A stretch of 64,000 nt of DNA from Chiloscyllium plagiosum (lineage: Eukaryota): assembly GCF_004010195.1 (NCBI RefSeq), contig NC_057718.1, forward strand, positions 90,749,353 to 90,813,352, in the 5' to 3' direction. Of this stretch, positions 12,691 through 25,169 are shown piece after piece (the first letter of the stretch is position 1; every line of letters begins with the position of its first letter). A program made the translations under genes and the position numbers. The notes beneath the pieces were generated by a model. That model did no database searches and was not told the origin of the DNA. It was given only the letters and a program-made list of their open reading frames with translations.

Positions 12691-14002
12691 ACATATGAAA
12701 AGAACATATGTTGTATAAATCTATTGAAAGCAGAGGAAAAATATGCAGAAGATTTTCACAAAAAGGCATACAAAATTATGCTACTTCAGATTTCAAACCC
12801 TTGCACGTGACTATTTACCACTGAGCTTGATGAGATAGGCTGGATGCTACATTTAACATTGAAACTCCTGTAACAGCGCCATCTAATTGTGTCACAGCCA
12901 AGCAGAACTGCAAGTGTGGATGTTTAACTGTTACATCTTCCATCATAAATGTTTTTAGGGTTTCTAAGGTTATCAGATCAGCCATAATCTGATTGATTGG
13001 TGAAGCAGATTCAATGGGCTGAGTGGCCTACGTGAGCTCCTACATCTTATGCTCTTAACAATTGAGCGTGTGCCAGGAATCCCTGGCCTGTCCCTGCCTC
13101 TACGTTCCAGTTGCACCCACAGAGCCCACAGCAGTGTGTACATATTATGCAGAATTATTTATATAGAACTGAGGCAGAAATCTGTCACCATATTTCAGCT
13201 GCTCCAGTGATTTTCAGTGATTTTTATTTTCTTCTGTCTTTTTATAAAAGAATGCAAAGAAACCAAGTCAGATATTGGAAAGCAGAGGAATCTACTGCCC
13301 AAATTGCAATTGACCTTTGAATTAATGACATTCAGACATTCAGTGTTCCCTGAAAGAAACATGCACCTACATTTCAGCAAGAGAGTCAAACATTTTAATT
13401 TAAACAACATAATGTTCTGGCCTTTATTAAAAATCACACCAGCTCTGCCATTCTGTACAGAGGCCCGCAGACAGATTGGTGGTCTACCCTCCCCCAATCG
13501 CAGTTAATGGAAAGGTCTTTCTGACTTTTTCCAATTTCTTTAATGTTAATTATGGCCCTGAAATGACGCTGTGTAATTCTTCAAAACAGCCTGAAATAAA
13601 TATTACTGTATTAGGCTTGCTGGAGTGCTTCAGTGAAACCCAGTGCAGGCAGGAGAAATAGAGCATCATCTTCCACTTAGAAATCTAACAGCCTTCCGCA
13701 CTCAATATCGAGTTTAACAGTTTCAGAGCGCAAACACCCCGATTCCTTGTCCTTAACCTACCCCCATACCCCAGGTCCTGTCATGAATGGATTGCATTCA
13801 GTGCAGACAATTTTATCTTCAAACTCGTTATAGTCCTCATTATCACCTCTCTTTTTCCCTGGCTGACCATCAACAATCCCTTTGTCTGCCTAACCATTTC
13901 TCGCTTTCTGTGGGCTCCCTCTCCACTTATTTGCTCACTTCTCTCCCACCCTCCCCCCTCACCCCCAATCCTTGTCATCAGCTTTTCCTTGCTGCTTTAA
14001 CT

Positions 14003-14455
14003 GATGATGTGGAGGTGCCAGTATTGGACAGGGATGGACAAAGTTAAAAAATCACACAACACCAGGCTATAGTCTCAACAGGTTTATTTGGAAGTACTAG
14101 CTTTCGGAGCGCTGCTCCTTCACCTAAGGGCGGCACGGTGGCTCAGTGGTTAGCACTACTACCTCACAGCACCAGCGTCCCAGGTTCAATTCCAGCCGTG
14201 GGCAACTGTCTGTGTGGAGTTTGCACATTCTCTGCATGGGTTTCCTCCTACAGTCCAAAGACGTGCAGGTTAGGTGAATTGGCCATATTAAATTGTCCAG
14301 AGTGTTAGTTGCATCAGTCAGAGGGAAATGGGCCTAGGAGGGTTACTCTTCGGAGGGTCGGTGTGGACTTGTTGCGCTGAAGGGCCTGTTTCCACACTGT
14401 AGGGAATAATCTAATCTATAGTTGGGACTATAACCTGGTGTTGTATGATTTTTAA
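14003..14455. mobile_element. PLE family B inverted mini-element interrupted by an HE1 SINE (14128-14418, +)
   Basis: aaagttaaaaaatcacacaacaccagg...ctagctttcggagcgctgctccttca (partial minus-strand hammerhead), then the SINE, then ggactataacctggtgttgtatgatttttaac. Confidence 0.75.
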
Positions 14456-14904
14456 CGCTAACTGCTAAAGAAGAAGTACAACACTCGAACGTTATCTCTG
14501 TTTTCCTCTCCACGATGCAGGCCGACTTGCTGGGTTTCAGATCTCCAGTCCCTGCAGTTGTTTGTTCGCTGTGACTGAAATAACTGGGTTAGTGCCTCCA
14601 GTAAGACAGCAGAGAGAAGATTATCAGGGGAGATGCTGTGCATCCTGATGTAATCCAGCAGCATTAAGCTGTGCCCAGAACTCACTGGGATGTAAGACAA
14701 TCAGCAGCGCTGTGTGCAAACCAGTGTGTCGCCCATTTTGCTCATCGCTTTTTACAGAAAAACTGCCAAAGCCTCTTGCCCCCGGTTTATCCTCTGCCTA
14801 CAGATGTATGTCACTTCTCTTTTCCAGCAGCCCTTCAATAGCCAGCAGTATCCTTACTCAGCTCCATAGAGGGACAGCATTTCACAGCTAGGCAATGTTC
14901 GTTT

Positions 14905-15440
14905 AACAGCATGGAAAGAGATCCTTTGGCCCAACCCCTCCATGCCCAGGTTCCCAAACTGAACAAATCCCATTTTCTTGCATTTGGCCCCATATCCCGC
15001 TAAACCTTTCCAATTTGTGTACCTGTCCAAATGACTTTTAAATGTTATAATTGTACCTTCCTCTGGCAGCTCGTTTCATACACGCACCACCCTCTGTGTG
15101 AACAGGTTGTCTCTCAGGTCCCTTTTAAATCTTTCCCCTCTCAACTTAAACCTATGCCCTCTAGTTTTTGACTCCCTTACCCTGGGGAAAAGACCTTGTC
15201 TGTCTATCCTATCCATGCCTCTCATGATTCGTCACGTTCCATCCTCCCAAAGTTCTAGCCTATCCAGCCTTTCCTTATAACTCAAACCTTCCAGTCGCGG
15301 TAACATTCTTGTCAATCTTTTCTGCTAACTTTCTTCCCCTGGCAGGGGTGACCAGAATTGTATGCAGTACTCCAGTGCGGCCTTACCAATGTCTTGTGCA
15401 ACTGTGACATGATGTCCCAACTCCTGTACTCAATGCTAAT
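14905..15440 (-). mobile_element. HER1/CR1 LINE 3' fragment
   Basis: Homologous to the reverse complement of 7570-7945 and further upstream ORF2 sequence. Confidence 0.8.
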
Positions 15441-15614
15441 GACAGACACCAGTATTTTGAGTGAACTGTCTTAGAATATTCAGTGATGGAAAAGAACACA
15501 AAAGGGAACCATGTGCCAGTTAAGGAGATAAAGGTCAGCCAGTCAGATTGTAGCATTCCTGCCAGGCTCTGCCAGTCCGAGTTGTCTTGATTTGGCGTCA
15601 GAAGGTTGGCAGAT

Positions 15615-16400
15615 TAAAAATGCAGCTCCAGCTTAATATCCAGAGAGCCTAGGATCAGAGGACATCATCTCAGAATAAGGGCACACATTTAAAGGTGGAG
15701 ATGAGGAGGAATTTATTCTCTTGGAGGGTAGTGAATCTGTGGAATTTCACACCACAGTGGGTTGTCATAGCGAGGTTCAGCACGGAAACAGTCCCTTTGG
15801 TGCAACTTGGCCACATATCCTAAACTAACCTCGTCCCATTTGCCGGTATTTGGCCCATATCCCTCTAAACCCTTCCTATTCAGGTACCCATCCAGATGTC
15901 TTTTAAATGCTGTAGTTGTACCAGCCTCCACCAGTTCCATGCACGGCTAGATGGTTAAGTGCTGAGGTAGTGCTGAGTGTCAAAGCTGAGATAGACCAAT
16001 TTTTAATCGATAAGGGGTTCAAGGGTTATGGGCAAAAGGCAGGAAATTGGAGTAGGGCGGCACAGTGACTCAGTGGTTAGCACTGCTGCCTCACAGTGCC
16101 AGGGACATGGGTTCAATTCTACCCTCGGGCAACTGTCTATGTGAAGTTTGCACTGTCTGCCTGGGTTTCCTCCCACAGTCCAAAGCTGTGCAGGCTAGGT
16201 GGGTTAGCCATGCTAAAAGCCCCACGCAGAGGTGGCGGTGTGGGTCTGGGTGGTGTGCTCTTCAGAGGTGCAGGCCAAATCGTCTATCTCTGCATTTTTA
16301 GGGTTTCTACGGTTATCAGATCAGCCATAATCTGATTGATTGGTGAAGCAGATTCAATGGGCTGAATGGCCTATGTGAGCTCCTCCATCTTACCATCTTA
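15615..16400 (+). mobile_element. CR1 3' fragment with a nested HER1 end (15775-15940, -) and an HE1-like SINE (16055-16310, +)
   Basis: gagatgaggagaaatttattctc...gtgaatctgtggaatt and the nested element motifs. Confidence 0.75.
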
Positions 16401-17110
16401 ACGATTGAGCGTGTGCCCGGCCTGTCCCTGCCCCTACTTTCCAGTTGCACCCAAAGAACCCACAGCTGTGCGTACGTATGAAAATTATTTTAAAACAAAT
16501 CTTTTTAAAAATTACCCCTTTCAAACTATCTCTCAAAAAAAATTGTGGAGCCAGCACCTCACGAAGGGTGAAAACTGTCAAAGGCCGCAAACAAGGGGCA
16601 CAGCATGGAGAATTCAAACTGTGGGTATAAACACAGTGGGATGTAAACATCTCCAGGACAGACCTTTTGCAGGAGGTGAGGTATAAGCAGGGCAGAGCCA
16701 GAATGAAAGGGGCCGCACAACTTAATGGATGAGGATCAAATCAGTTGGAAAGAAGAGGTATGCAGTTAATTAGATGTGAAATATTATTTCCCAACCATGA
16801 CAGGCAGCATTAGCGACCATCCATCAGGGGAATAGTGTATTCTTGCCTAATTTAATTACATTAATATGGGCCATTGTGCTTTCAAAGCTTTAAAAGATGA
16901 AGAGTCGCCTGAAGACTTTATGATTGTTGTTTGTAAATCCTAGCATGATAAGACTCTTTTTGCCAGAATTGACACTGAGAAAATTGATATTCGTGATCTG
17001 ACCTGAAGGTCACCAGTGAACGGGGATCATATTAAGTTGCATATATTTCACAACACAGAACGTAGTGCGTTCAGACTAACAGGGCTGCGCTGGTGTTTAT
17101 GTTCCGCATA

Positions 17111-17305
17111 TGGAGATGCCGGTTTTGGACTGGGGTGTACAAAGTTAAAAATCACACAACACCAGGTTGTAGTCCAACAGGTTTAATTGGAAGCACTAGC
17201 TTTCAGAGCACTGCCAACCACCTGATGAAGGAGCGTCGCTCCGAAAGCTAGTGTGCTTCCAATTAAACCTGTTGGACTATAACCTGGTGTTGTGTGATTT
17301 TTAAC
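17111..17305. mobile_element. PLE family B inverted pLTR mini-element
   Basis: Long inverted arms (agttaaaaatcacacaacaccagg...cctggtgttgtgtgatttttaact). Imperfect 13-bp TSD tatgttccgcata/tatgtttcacata. Confidence 0.82.
17219..17253 (+). ncRNA. Intact minimal hammerhead motif (PLE family B)
   Basis: cac-CTGATGA-a-ggagc/gtc/gctcc-GAAAG-CTA-gtg, with cac/gtg stem I and palindromic AGCT at the stem III position. Confidence 0.8.
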
Positions 17306-17724
17306 TATGTTTCACATAAGTTTCTTTATGCACTACCTGAGCCAACGCTGTCAACGCACCCTTGTTTTCGGTCTGTTTTCGCAGAATTGGCTAATTACTC
17401 AAGGCCAATTTCTTACATTGGTTTATAGAAAACAGTATGGACAATGTTTAGTGTCTCACTGTTTAGATGCTGGTTTGTGTTGCTTCCCTTCACTTTAAAT
17501 GATAGCTCAGCTGCTGTTGGCTCTGAGTTGAGCCTGTTGCTAACCTTAAGCATTTCATTTCTGGTGGGGCTGTAGGTCAATTGAAAAATCAAAATCTGGA
17601 ATATGTAGTTTTTTTTTAATGTAAGGATTTACAGAACCAAGGAGGATAGACGGAGTTACATTACAGATCAGGCATGATCTAACTGAAGGGCAGAACAAGA
17701 TTGTGGACTCCTCCTGTTCCCGTC

Positions 17725-18170
17725 CTGTTACCAGAATGTTGCTGGAATGGAAGGTTTGCATTATAGAGAGAGGCTGGGTAGGCTGGGACTTTCCTCACTG
17801 GAGTGTAGGAGGTCGAGAGGTTATTCAAATCATGAGGGGCATAGATAAGGTGACTGGCAAGTGTCTTTACCTACGCTGGGCGATTTCAAGACTAGGGGAG
17901 CATATTTGGATGGTGAGAGGAAAAAGATTTTAAAAGGACATGAGGGGCAATTTTGTTTAACCAGAGATTAGTCCGTATGTGGAATGAGAGGAAGTGGTGG
18001 ATGGGAATACAGTTACAACATTTAAAAAACATTTGAATAAGTACATGAATAAGAAATGTTTGGAGGGATATGGGCCAAGTGCAGGCAGGTGGGACAAGTT
18101 AAATTTGGGATTATAGTTGGCATGGATTGGTTGGACTGAAGGGTCTGTTTCCATGCTGTATGACTCAATC
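17725..18170 (+). mobile_element. HER1/CR1 LINE 3' fragment
   Basis: IMRGIDKV peptide and tail gggtctgtttccatgctgtatgactc. Confidence 0.82.
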
Positions 18171-18356
18171 GAGTCTGAAACTTTCTATATTTAATTAAAG
18201 ATTCAGTCAATGATCATAATTCAGAACACTGACAATTTTTTGTTCAGGTGGTTTACTTTAACAGGTTAGAAATAAGTTTGAATGTTGTGGCCCCAGTATC
18301 TTAGACCGAATTGATTTTATTTTCACTTTACAATTTCTTCCCTCCTTATATTTTAA

Positions 18357-18495
18357 TGTGTGTGTGCGCGCACGTGCGTGTTCATGCGTGAGTGTATGTG
18401 TGTGCGCATGTTCATGCATGTGCATGTGTGTGTATGCATGTGTGTGTGCATGTGTGTGTATATGTGTATGTATGTGTGTGTGTGTATGTGCGTGT
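18357..18495. repeat. Imperfect (TG)n/(TGCA) microsatellite
   Basis: Alternating purine-pyrimidine tract. Confidence 0.95.
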
Positions 18496-19482
18496 TATCA
18501 CACCACAGCCCACAGCCTTTTCACACACCTTGGTCAGCGTTATTAGTAACCATGTTTTATAAAAGGTTTGTAAGACTGTCATATCCCTGGTTCCCCACAG
18601 TCCTGTGGGATTAATCCACACAGTGTCACCGTCAACAGGGATGGGATTCGGAAATCAGAGATCAATGCTTGGCAATCCATATCTGATCATTGAATTGGAC
18701 AGCGCAAAGGGAGAGCATTTTGCCTGTTGCACGAGCACAGCTGGTCTTGGGGGTAATTCAGAATGGGAAATGATTACTGGCCTTGACAGTGACACCCACA
18801 TCCTATGAGTGAACACCCCTTTTATTCCCCTGCCTTGTTTCAACCAACCAGCAAATTATTTCCTCTTGCATTAACTTCAATATCACATTTCAGTTCATTT
18901 ATTAATTGCAAGGATTCATTTCTTACTCGAGTTTTATTAATATTAGAAGAGGTACCTATTGGTTTGAATTATAATTCTTGGCTCAGTGGTAGCACTCCTG
19001 TCTGTGATGACAGGTTTTGGATAGACGCTGTCACTTCACTGCTATGCTGAGAGATTGACGCACTGTCAGGTGTGGTACAAATCCAAGGCCCTGTCTGCAC
19101 TCTCAGCTACAACATCCCACAATACTGAACAGGAGTTGGTCATTCAACCCTTCAAGCCCATACTACCATTCTGTGAGACCATGGCTGACCTGTGGCCTAA
19201 CTCCATACACCTGCCTTACATCCACAAATCTTTTGGATTTTTTTGTACAGTTTGTGGAAGAAAGTTCCAAATATCTGCCATCCTTTGTGTGTAGAACTGT
19301 CTTTAGTTTCCTGGGCCCTGGACGCTATCCCTCCCACTTTATACCTCCCTGCCTTTCTCACCTCCTTGAAGCTGTTCCAGAAAACCTATCTATTCAACCA
19401 ACCTTTTGCCTGCCTGTCCCAATATCACTTGACATCATTTGAATTCCTTGATAACTCTTTTGTGAGGCACTTAAGGCTGTTT

Positions 19483-19787
19483 TAGATTAGATTCCCTACA
19501 GTATGGAAACAGGCCATTAAGTCCACACCGACCCTCCAGAAAGCAACCCACCCCTCTATATTTACCCCTGACTAATGCACCTAACAGTATGGACAATTTA
19601 GCATGGCCAATTCACCTAACCTGCACGTTTTGGACTGTGGGAGGAAACCGGAGCACCCGGAGGAAACCTATGCAGACACGGGGGAGATTGTGCAAACTCC
19701 ACACATACAGTTGCCCAAGGCAGGAATCGAACCCAGGTCCCTGGTGCTGTGAGGCAGCAGTGCTAACCACTGAGCCACCGTGCCACC
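19483..19787 (-). mobile_element. HE1-type SINE
   Basis: Reverse complement of the HE1 head, core and tail. Confidence 0.9.
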
Positions 19788-20274
19788 CACTTAATGAAGC
19801 AAAGAACTGTGGGTGCTGGAAATCTGAAACAAAAACAGAAAGTGCTAGAGAAATTCAGCAGGTCTGAAGTGAGAAAAGCAGAGTTAACATTTCGTGTCAG
19901 GTTCTGAAGGACCATCACTGGACTCAATGTCAACTGTTTCTCTTTCTATCGATGCTGTCAGGCAGACGTATTATCTGGAGGTGATCAATAAATACAAGTT
20001 ACATTTATGGAACCATACTATTGTGTGCGGGAGACTGCGTTCTCCTACACGCAAACTGTGTTTCCAGGACAAAAGTATTTAATTAGCTTGAAGCCCTTTG
20101 GCTCACAGTTGGGAATGTGGAAGGCCTTATGTACAGAAATGCAGCATTTTCTACCTCCTGACACAAGATGTCACCGATTCTCTAAACCAAACTTATTTCA
20201 CTGAACCTGTTTCCAAATCTGGCAGGCACACCTGCTGGCAGGAAAAGGATATTTTCATTTCAACTTTAACTGGG

Positions 20275-20395
20275 AGTCTCATGGCACAGTGGTAGTATCC
20301 CCGCCTCTGAGCTAGGAGTCCCATGTTCAAGTACCACCCATTCAAGAGGTGTAAGCTAACACTTCTGAACAGGCTGATCAGGAAAATACACATGT
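20275..20395 (+). mobile_element. Old tRNA-derived SINE (family 3); further copies at 20480-20516 joined to 24482-24550, 24565-24675, and 58065-58160 (-)
   Basis: ggcacagtggtagt...ctctgagctaggag...gttcaagt...tctgaacagg. Confidence 0.6.
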
Positions 20396-20580
20396 AACTA
20401 ACATCTCTGAACTGATGATTGAGGAAAATGACTAGATATTCCATTCAAGAACATAATCCAAGGACACACTGTGACTACAGGTGGTCCTGTAGCACAGTGG
20501 TAATGTCACTACCTCACGACTTTATTTCATTTACCTCTTCGTGAAGAGCTCAGTCGCAGCAAAGACATCGGTGGCAGCAA

Positions 20581-23530
20581 GTGGGCCCGACAGCACGGAC
20601 TAGAGTGGGCCCGACAGCATGGACTGGAATGGGCCCGACAGCACGGACTAGAGTGGGCCCGACGGCACGGACTGGAATGGGCCCGACAGCACGGACTGGA
20701 ATGGGCCCGACAGCACGGACTAGAGTGGGCCCGACATCATGGACTGGAATGGGCCCGACAGCACGGACTAGAGTGGGCCCGACAGCACGGACTGGAAAAT
20801 GGGCCCGACAGCACGGACTAGAGTGGGCCCGACAGCACGGACTGGAATGGGCCCGACAGCACAGACTAGAGTGGGCCCGGCAGCACGGACTAGAGTGGGC
20901 CCAGCAGAACGGAATGGAGTAGGCCCGGCAGAGCACGGACTGGAGTGGGCACGGCAGAATATGGACTGGAGTGGGCCTGGCAGAGCGTGGACTGGAGTGG
21001 GCCCGGCAGAACATGGACTAGAGTGGGCGCGGTAGCACGGACTGGAGTGGACCTGTCAGAGCGTGCACTGGAGTAGACGTGGCAGCACGGACTGGAGTGG
21101 GCCCGGCAGAGCAGGGACTGGAGTGGGCCCAGCAGCACAGACTGGAGTGGGCCCGGCAGATCAGGGACTGGAGTGGGCCCTGCAGAACGTGGACTGGAGT
21201 AGGCCCAGCAGCACGGACTGGAGTGGGCCCGGCAGAGCAGGGACTGGAGTGGGCCCAGCAGCACAGACTGGAGTGAGCCCGGCAGTGCAGGGACTGGAGT
21301 GGGCCCAGCAGCACAGACTGGAGTGGGCCCGGCAGAGCAGGGACTGGAGTGGGCCCAGCAGCACGGACTGGAGTGGGCCCAGCATCACGGACTGGAGTGG
21401 GCCCGGCAGAGCAGGGACTGGAGTGGGCCCGTTAGAGCGTGGACTGGAGTGGTCGCGGCAGAACATGGACTGGAGTGGGCCTAGCAGTGCAGGGACTTGA
21501 GTGAACCTGGCAGCATGGACTGGAGTGGGCATGGCAGAACGCAGACTGGAGTGGGACCAGCAGCATGGACTGGAGTGCATGGATTGGAGTGGACCTGGCA
21601 GAGCAGAGACTGGAGTGCACCTGGCAGAACATGGACTGGATTGAGCCCTGCAGCACGGACTGGAATGGTCCCAGTAGCACGGACTGGAGTGGAGCTGGCA
21701 GAGCGTGGACTGGAGTGGACGTGACAGCATGGGCTGGAGTGGGCCCGGTAGCACGGACTGGAGTGGACCCGGCAGAGCAGGGACTGGAGTGGACCCGGCA
21801 GAGCAGGGACTGGAGTGGACCTGGCAGAACAGGGACTGGATTGGACCCAGCAGCACGGACTGTAGTGGGCCAGGCAGAGCAGGGACTGGAGTGGTCGCGT
21901 CAGCACGGACTGGAGTGGGCCCGGCAGAGCAGGGACTGGAGTGGGCCCAGCAGCACGGACTGGAGTGGGCCCGGCAGTGCAGGGACTGGAGTGGACCTAG
22001 CAGAATGCGGACTGAAGTGGGACCAGCAGCACGGACTGGAGTGGACGGGGCAGCACGGACTGGAGTGGGCCCGGCAGAGCACGGACTGGAGTGTGCCCGG
22101 CAGAGCGTGGACTGGAGTGGGCCTGGCAGAACGTGGACTGGAGTGGGCCTGGCAGAGCACGGACTGGAGTCGGCCTGGCAGAGCAGGGACTGGAGTGGGC
22201 CCGGCAGAGCATGGACTGGAGTGGGCCCGGCAGAGCATGGACTGGAGTGGGCCCGGCAGCATGGACTGGAGTGGGCCTGGCAGAGCGTGGACTGGAGTGG
22301 ACCTGGCAGAGCATGGACTGGAGTGGGCCCGGCAGCATGGACTGGAGTGGGCCTGGCAGAGCGTGGACTGGAGTGGGCCCGGCAGCATGGACTGGAGTGG
22401 GCCTGGCAGAGCGTGGACTGGAGTGGGCCCGGCAGCATGGACTGGAGTGGGCCTGGCAGAGCACGGACTGGAGTGGGCCCAGCAGCATGGGCTGGAGTGG
22501 GCCTGGCAGAGCGTGGACTGGAGTGGGCCCGGCAGCATGGACTGGAGTGGGCCTGGCAGAGCATGGACTGGAGTGGGCCCGGCAGCATGGACTGGAGTGG
22601 GCCTGGTAGCATGGACTGGAGTGGGCCCGGCAGAACATGGACTGGAGTGGGCCCGGCAGAACATGGACTGGAGTGGGCCCGGCAGTGCAGGGACTGGAGT
22701 GGACCTGGCAGCATGGACTGGAGTGGGCCTGGCAGAGCACGGACTGGAGTGGGCCTGGCAGCATGGACTGGAGTGGGCCTGGCAGAGCGTGGACTGGAGT
22801 GGGCCCGGCAGCATGGACTGGAGTGGGCCTGGCAGAACATGGACTGGAGTGGGCCTGGCAGCATGGACTGGAGTGGGCCTGGCAGAGCACGGACTGGAGT
22901 GGGCCTGGCAGAGCACGGACTGGAGTGGGCCCAGCAGCATGGGCTGGAGTGGGCCTGGTAGCATGGACTGGAGTGGGCCCGGAAGCACAGACTGGAGTGG
23001 ATCCAGCAGAGCTGAGACTGGAATGGGCCTCGTAGCGTGGACTGGCATAGGCCTGGCAGAGCACAGACTGGAGTGGGCCCAGCAGAGCAGGGACTGGAAT
23101 GGGCCTCGTAGCGTGGACTGGCATAGGCCTGGCAGAGCACAGACTGGAGTAGACCTGGCAGAGCAGGGACTGGATTGGGCCCGGCAGAGCATTGACTGGA
23201 GTGGGCTGAGCAGAACAGGAACTGGAGTGGACCTGGCAGCATGGACTGGAGTGGGCCCGGAAGCACAGACTGGAGTGGACCCAGCAGAGCAGGGACTGGA
23301 TTGGGCCCGGCAGAGCACGGACTGGAGTGGGGCTGGCAGCACAGGACTGGAGTGGGTGGCAGAGTGCGGACTGGTAAGGGTCCTGCAGCATGGATTGGAA
23401 TGGTCCCCGTGGCACGAACTGGAGTGAGCCCCGCACCGTGAACTGAAGTGGACCTGGCAGGGGTGACTGGAGTGGGATCAGTAGGAGGTATTGGAGTTTG
23501 CTTGGCCACGGGGACTGGAGTGGCTTGGCA
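20581..23530. repeat. GC-rich minisatellite, more than 100 units of 24 bp (ggactggagtgggcccggcagcat) and 26 bp (ggactggagtgggcccggcagagcac)
   Basis: Directly visible tandem array. It gives 8-aa periodicity in the ORF track. Confidence 0.98.
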
Positions 23531-24033
23531 TTGCAAACCTGTGGCAGCAAAGTCAGAGGTGAGTTCAGGTTCCTGGCAGCTTCTGCATTGTCAAGGTGGT
23601 CCCAGCGCCGACTCATGGATGCTGCGGTGGAGACGAGTTTGGATTCCTGGCAATGTCTGTGCCAGCGACGTTTCATGGATGTGGCGGTGGCATGAGTTTG
23701 CACTCACTATGAGACCTGGCATCATTAGCACGTGGCTGCATCAGTGTGATGGGCCTGAAATGGACTCAGGGTCCGCAGTGGAATTGAGTTTGGGCCAGTA
23801 CGGTACCCAGCAGCATTAACAGTGTCTGCATTGGCGACGTCCACTGAGAATTCAGCAGCAAGGGTGACAGTGGAGGTGTGATCATGCCAAAGAGGGGGCA
23901 ACTTTTGTTTCTGTGGCAGTGGGGACTCGTATTGGCCTCCTGACCCATGGCCCATGGATAAGCACTTAACAAGAAGGACTGTGAAGTTGGACACATTTTT
24001 CTTTATTTTTTGGCTTTTATATTCTGTGTTTTC

Positions 24034-24368
24034 ATAGATTCCCTACAGTCTGGAAACAGGCCCTTTGGCCCAACAAGTCCACACCGACCCTCCCAAAAGT
24101 AACCCACCCAGACCCATTCCCCGACCTTATGATCCTATATTTACCCCTGACGAATGCTCCCCTAACCTACACATCCTGGACTCTGTGGACAATTTAGCAT
24201 GGCCAATTCACCTGGCCTGCACATCTTTCAACTGTGGGAGCAAACCGGATCAAACCAGCACAAAATGGGGAGAATGTGCAAATTCCACACAGACAATTGC
24301 CCAAGGCAGGAACTGAACCCAGGTTCCTGGCGCTGTGAGGCAGCAATGCTAACCACTGAGCCATTGTG
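24034..24368 (-). mobile_element. HE1-type SINE nested in the 3' part of the minisatellite-bearing element
   Basis: Reverse complement of HE1. Confidence 0.88.
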
Positions 24369-24838
24369 CTGTTTTGTCTTTTTTCCCCCCCTGTGTTTTA
24401 AGAGATTGGCCACACTCTACAACACTTTTCAGTGTGTGCTGAAACACGATACACATGGCAATAAATAAATCAAATCAAATCTTGGCTAAGGTTCAAGTCA
24501 CTTGTGCTCTGGAGGAGAATCTCTGAACAGGTTAATTAGAAAATATTTTCCAACTTTGAGTGCAGGGCTGTTGTGCTGCAGTGTTTTTGTCCATATCTCT
24601 GAGCCAGGAGGCCTGGGTTCAGTTCCCATCTGTTGTGGACATGTGTTATAACAGCTTATTGAGAAAGTGGATTAATGAGTCCATTAATGAATTTGGAAAT
24701 GTGAGCATGCTGCCTGGATCTCAGTCCAGCTCCAACTGAGGGGGTAAAAGGTTACCACACTCCGTCTGTATGGACCGTACGTCTCGGTGGCATTTAATTC
24801 GGCAATCCCAAACGAATGACTCAATGTTTATTAATACA

Positions 24839-24965
24839 GGAGAAAGTGAGGACTACAGATGCTGGAGATCAGAGCTGAAAAACGTGTTGCTGGAAAAGCG
24901 CAGCAGGTCAGGCAGCATCTAAGGAGCAGGAGAATTGACGTTTCGGGCATAAGCCCTTCTTCAGG
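24839..24965 (-). mobile_element. Solo PLE pLTR tail (family A) with intact hammerhead core
   Basis: Reverse complement attc-CTGAAGA-agggcttatgccc-GAAAC-GTC. 16-bp TSD aatgtttattaataca at 24823-24838 and 24966-24981. Confidence 0.85.
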
Positions 24966-25169
24966 AATGTTTATTAATACAAACAATTTATGATTTTCTG
25001 TGTATTAAACTTAAATATTGTGAACATGGTGTTATCCCCAACATTTCCTGAAACCTCACAATTCTCACTTCATTGCATTATGACTCATCAAGTAAATAGG
25101 AAAATAAGTTTAACAGAGAGCTGAGTGTTAAGCAATTAAATAAAACCTGAGGAATCTTACTTTGCACTA

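Larger units (their letters stand above)
20517..24481 (+). mobile_element. ~4 kb non-autonomous element containing the minisatellite, ending in a Rex1/Babar-like tail
   Basis: Splits a family-3 SINE. The 3' end cacttttcagtgtgtg...acacatggcaataaataaatcaaatcaaatc resembles the tail at 2165-2217. Confidence 0.6.

Noticed and set aside
18358..18621. Cys/Val- or His/Thr-rich ORFs (also 46977-47159 and 60972-61308)
   Set aside because: They are translations of TG/CA microsatellites.
20581..23530. CRISPR-like array
   Set aside because: Units are directly adjacent with no unique spacers, there are no cas genes, and the context is vertebrate.
20550..23703. Long ORFs (up to 791 aa) suggesting a repetitive protein gene
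   Set aside because: They are open in several frames on both strands because the repeat unit lacks stops. The 24/26-bp mix shifts the frame constantly, and there is no splice or domain evidence.
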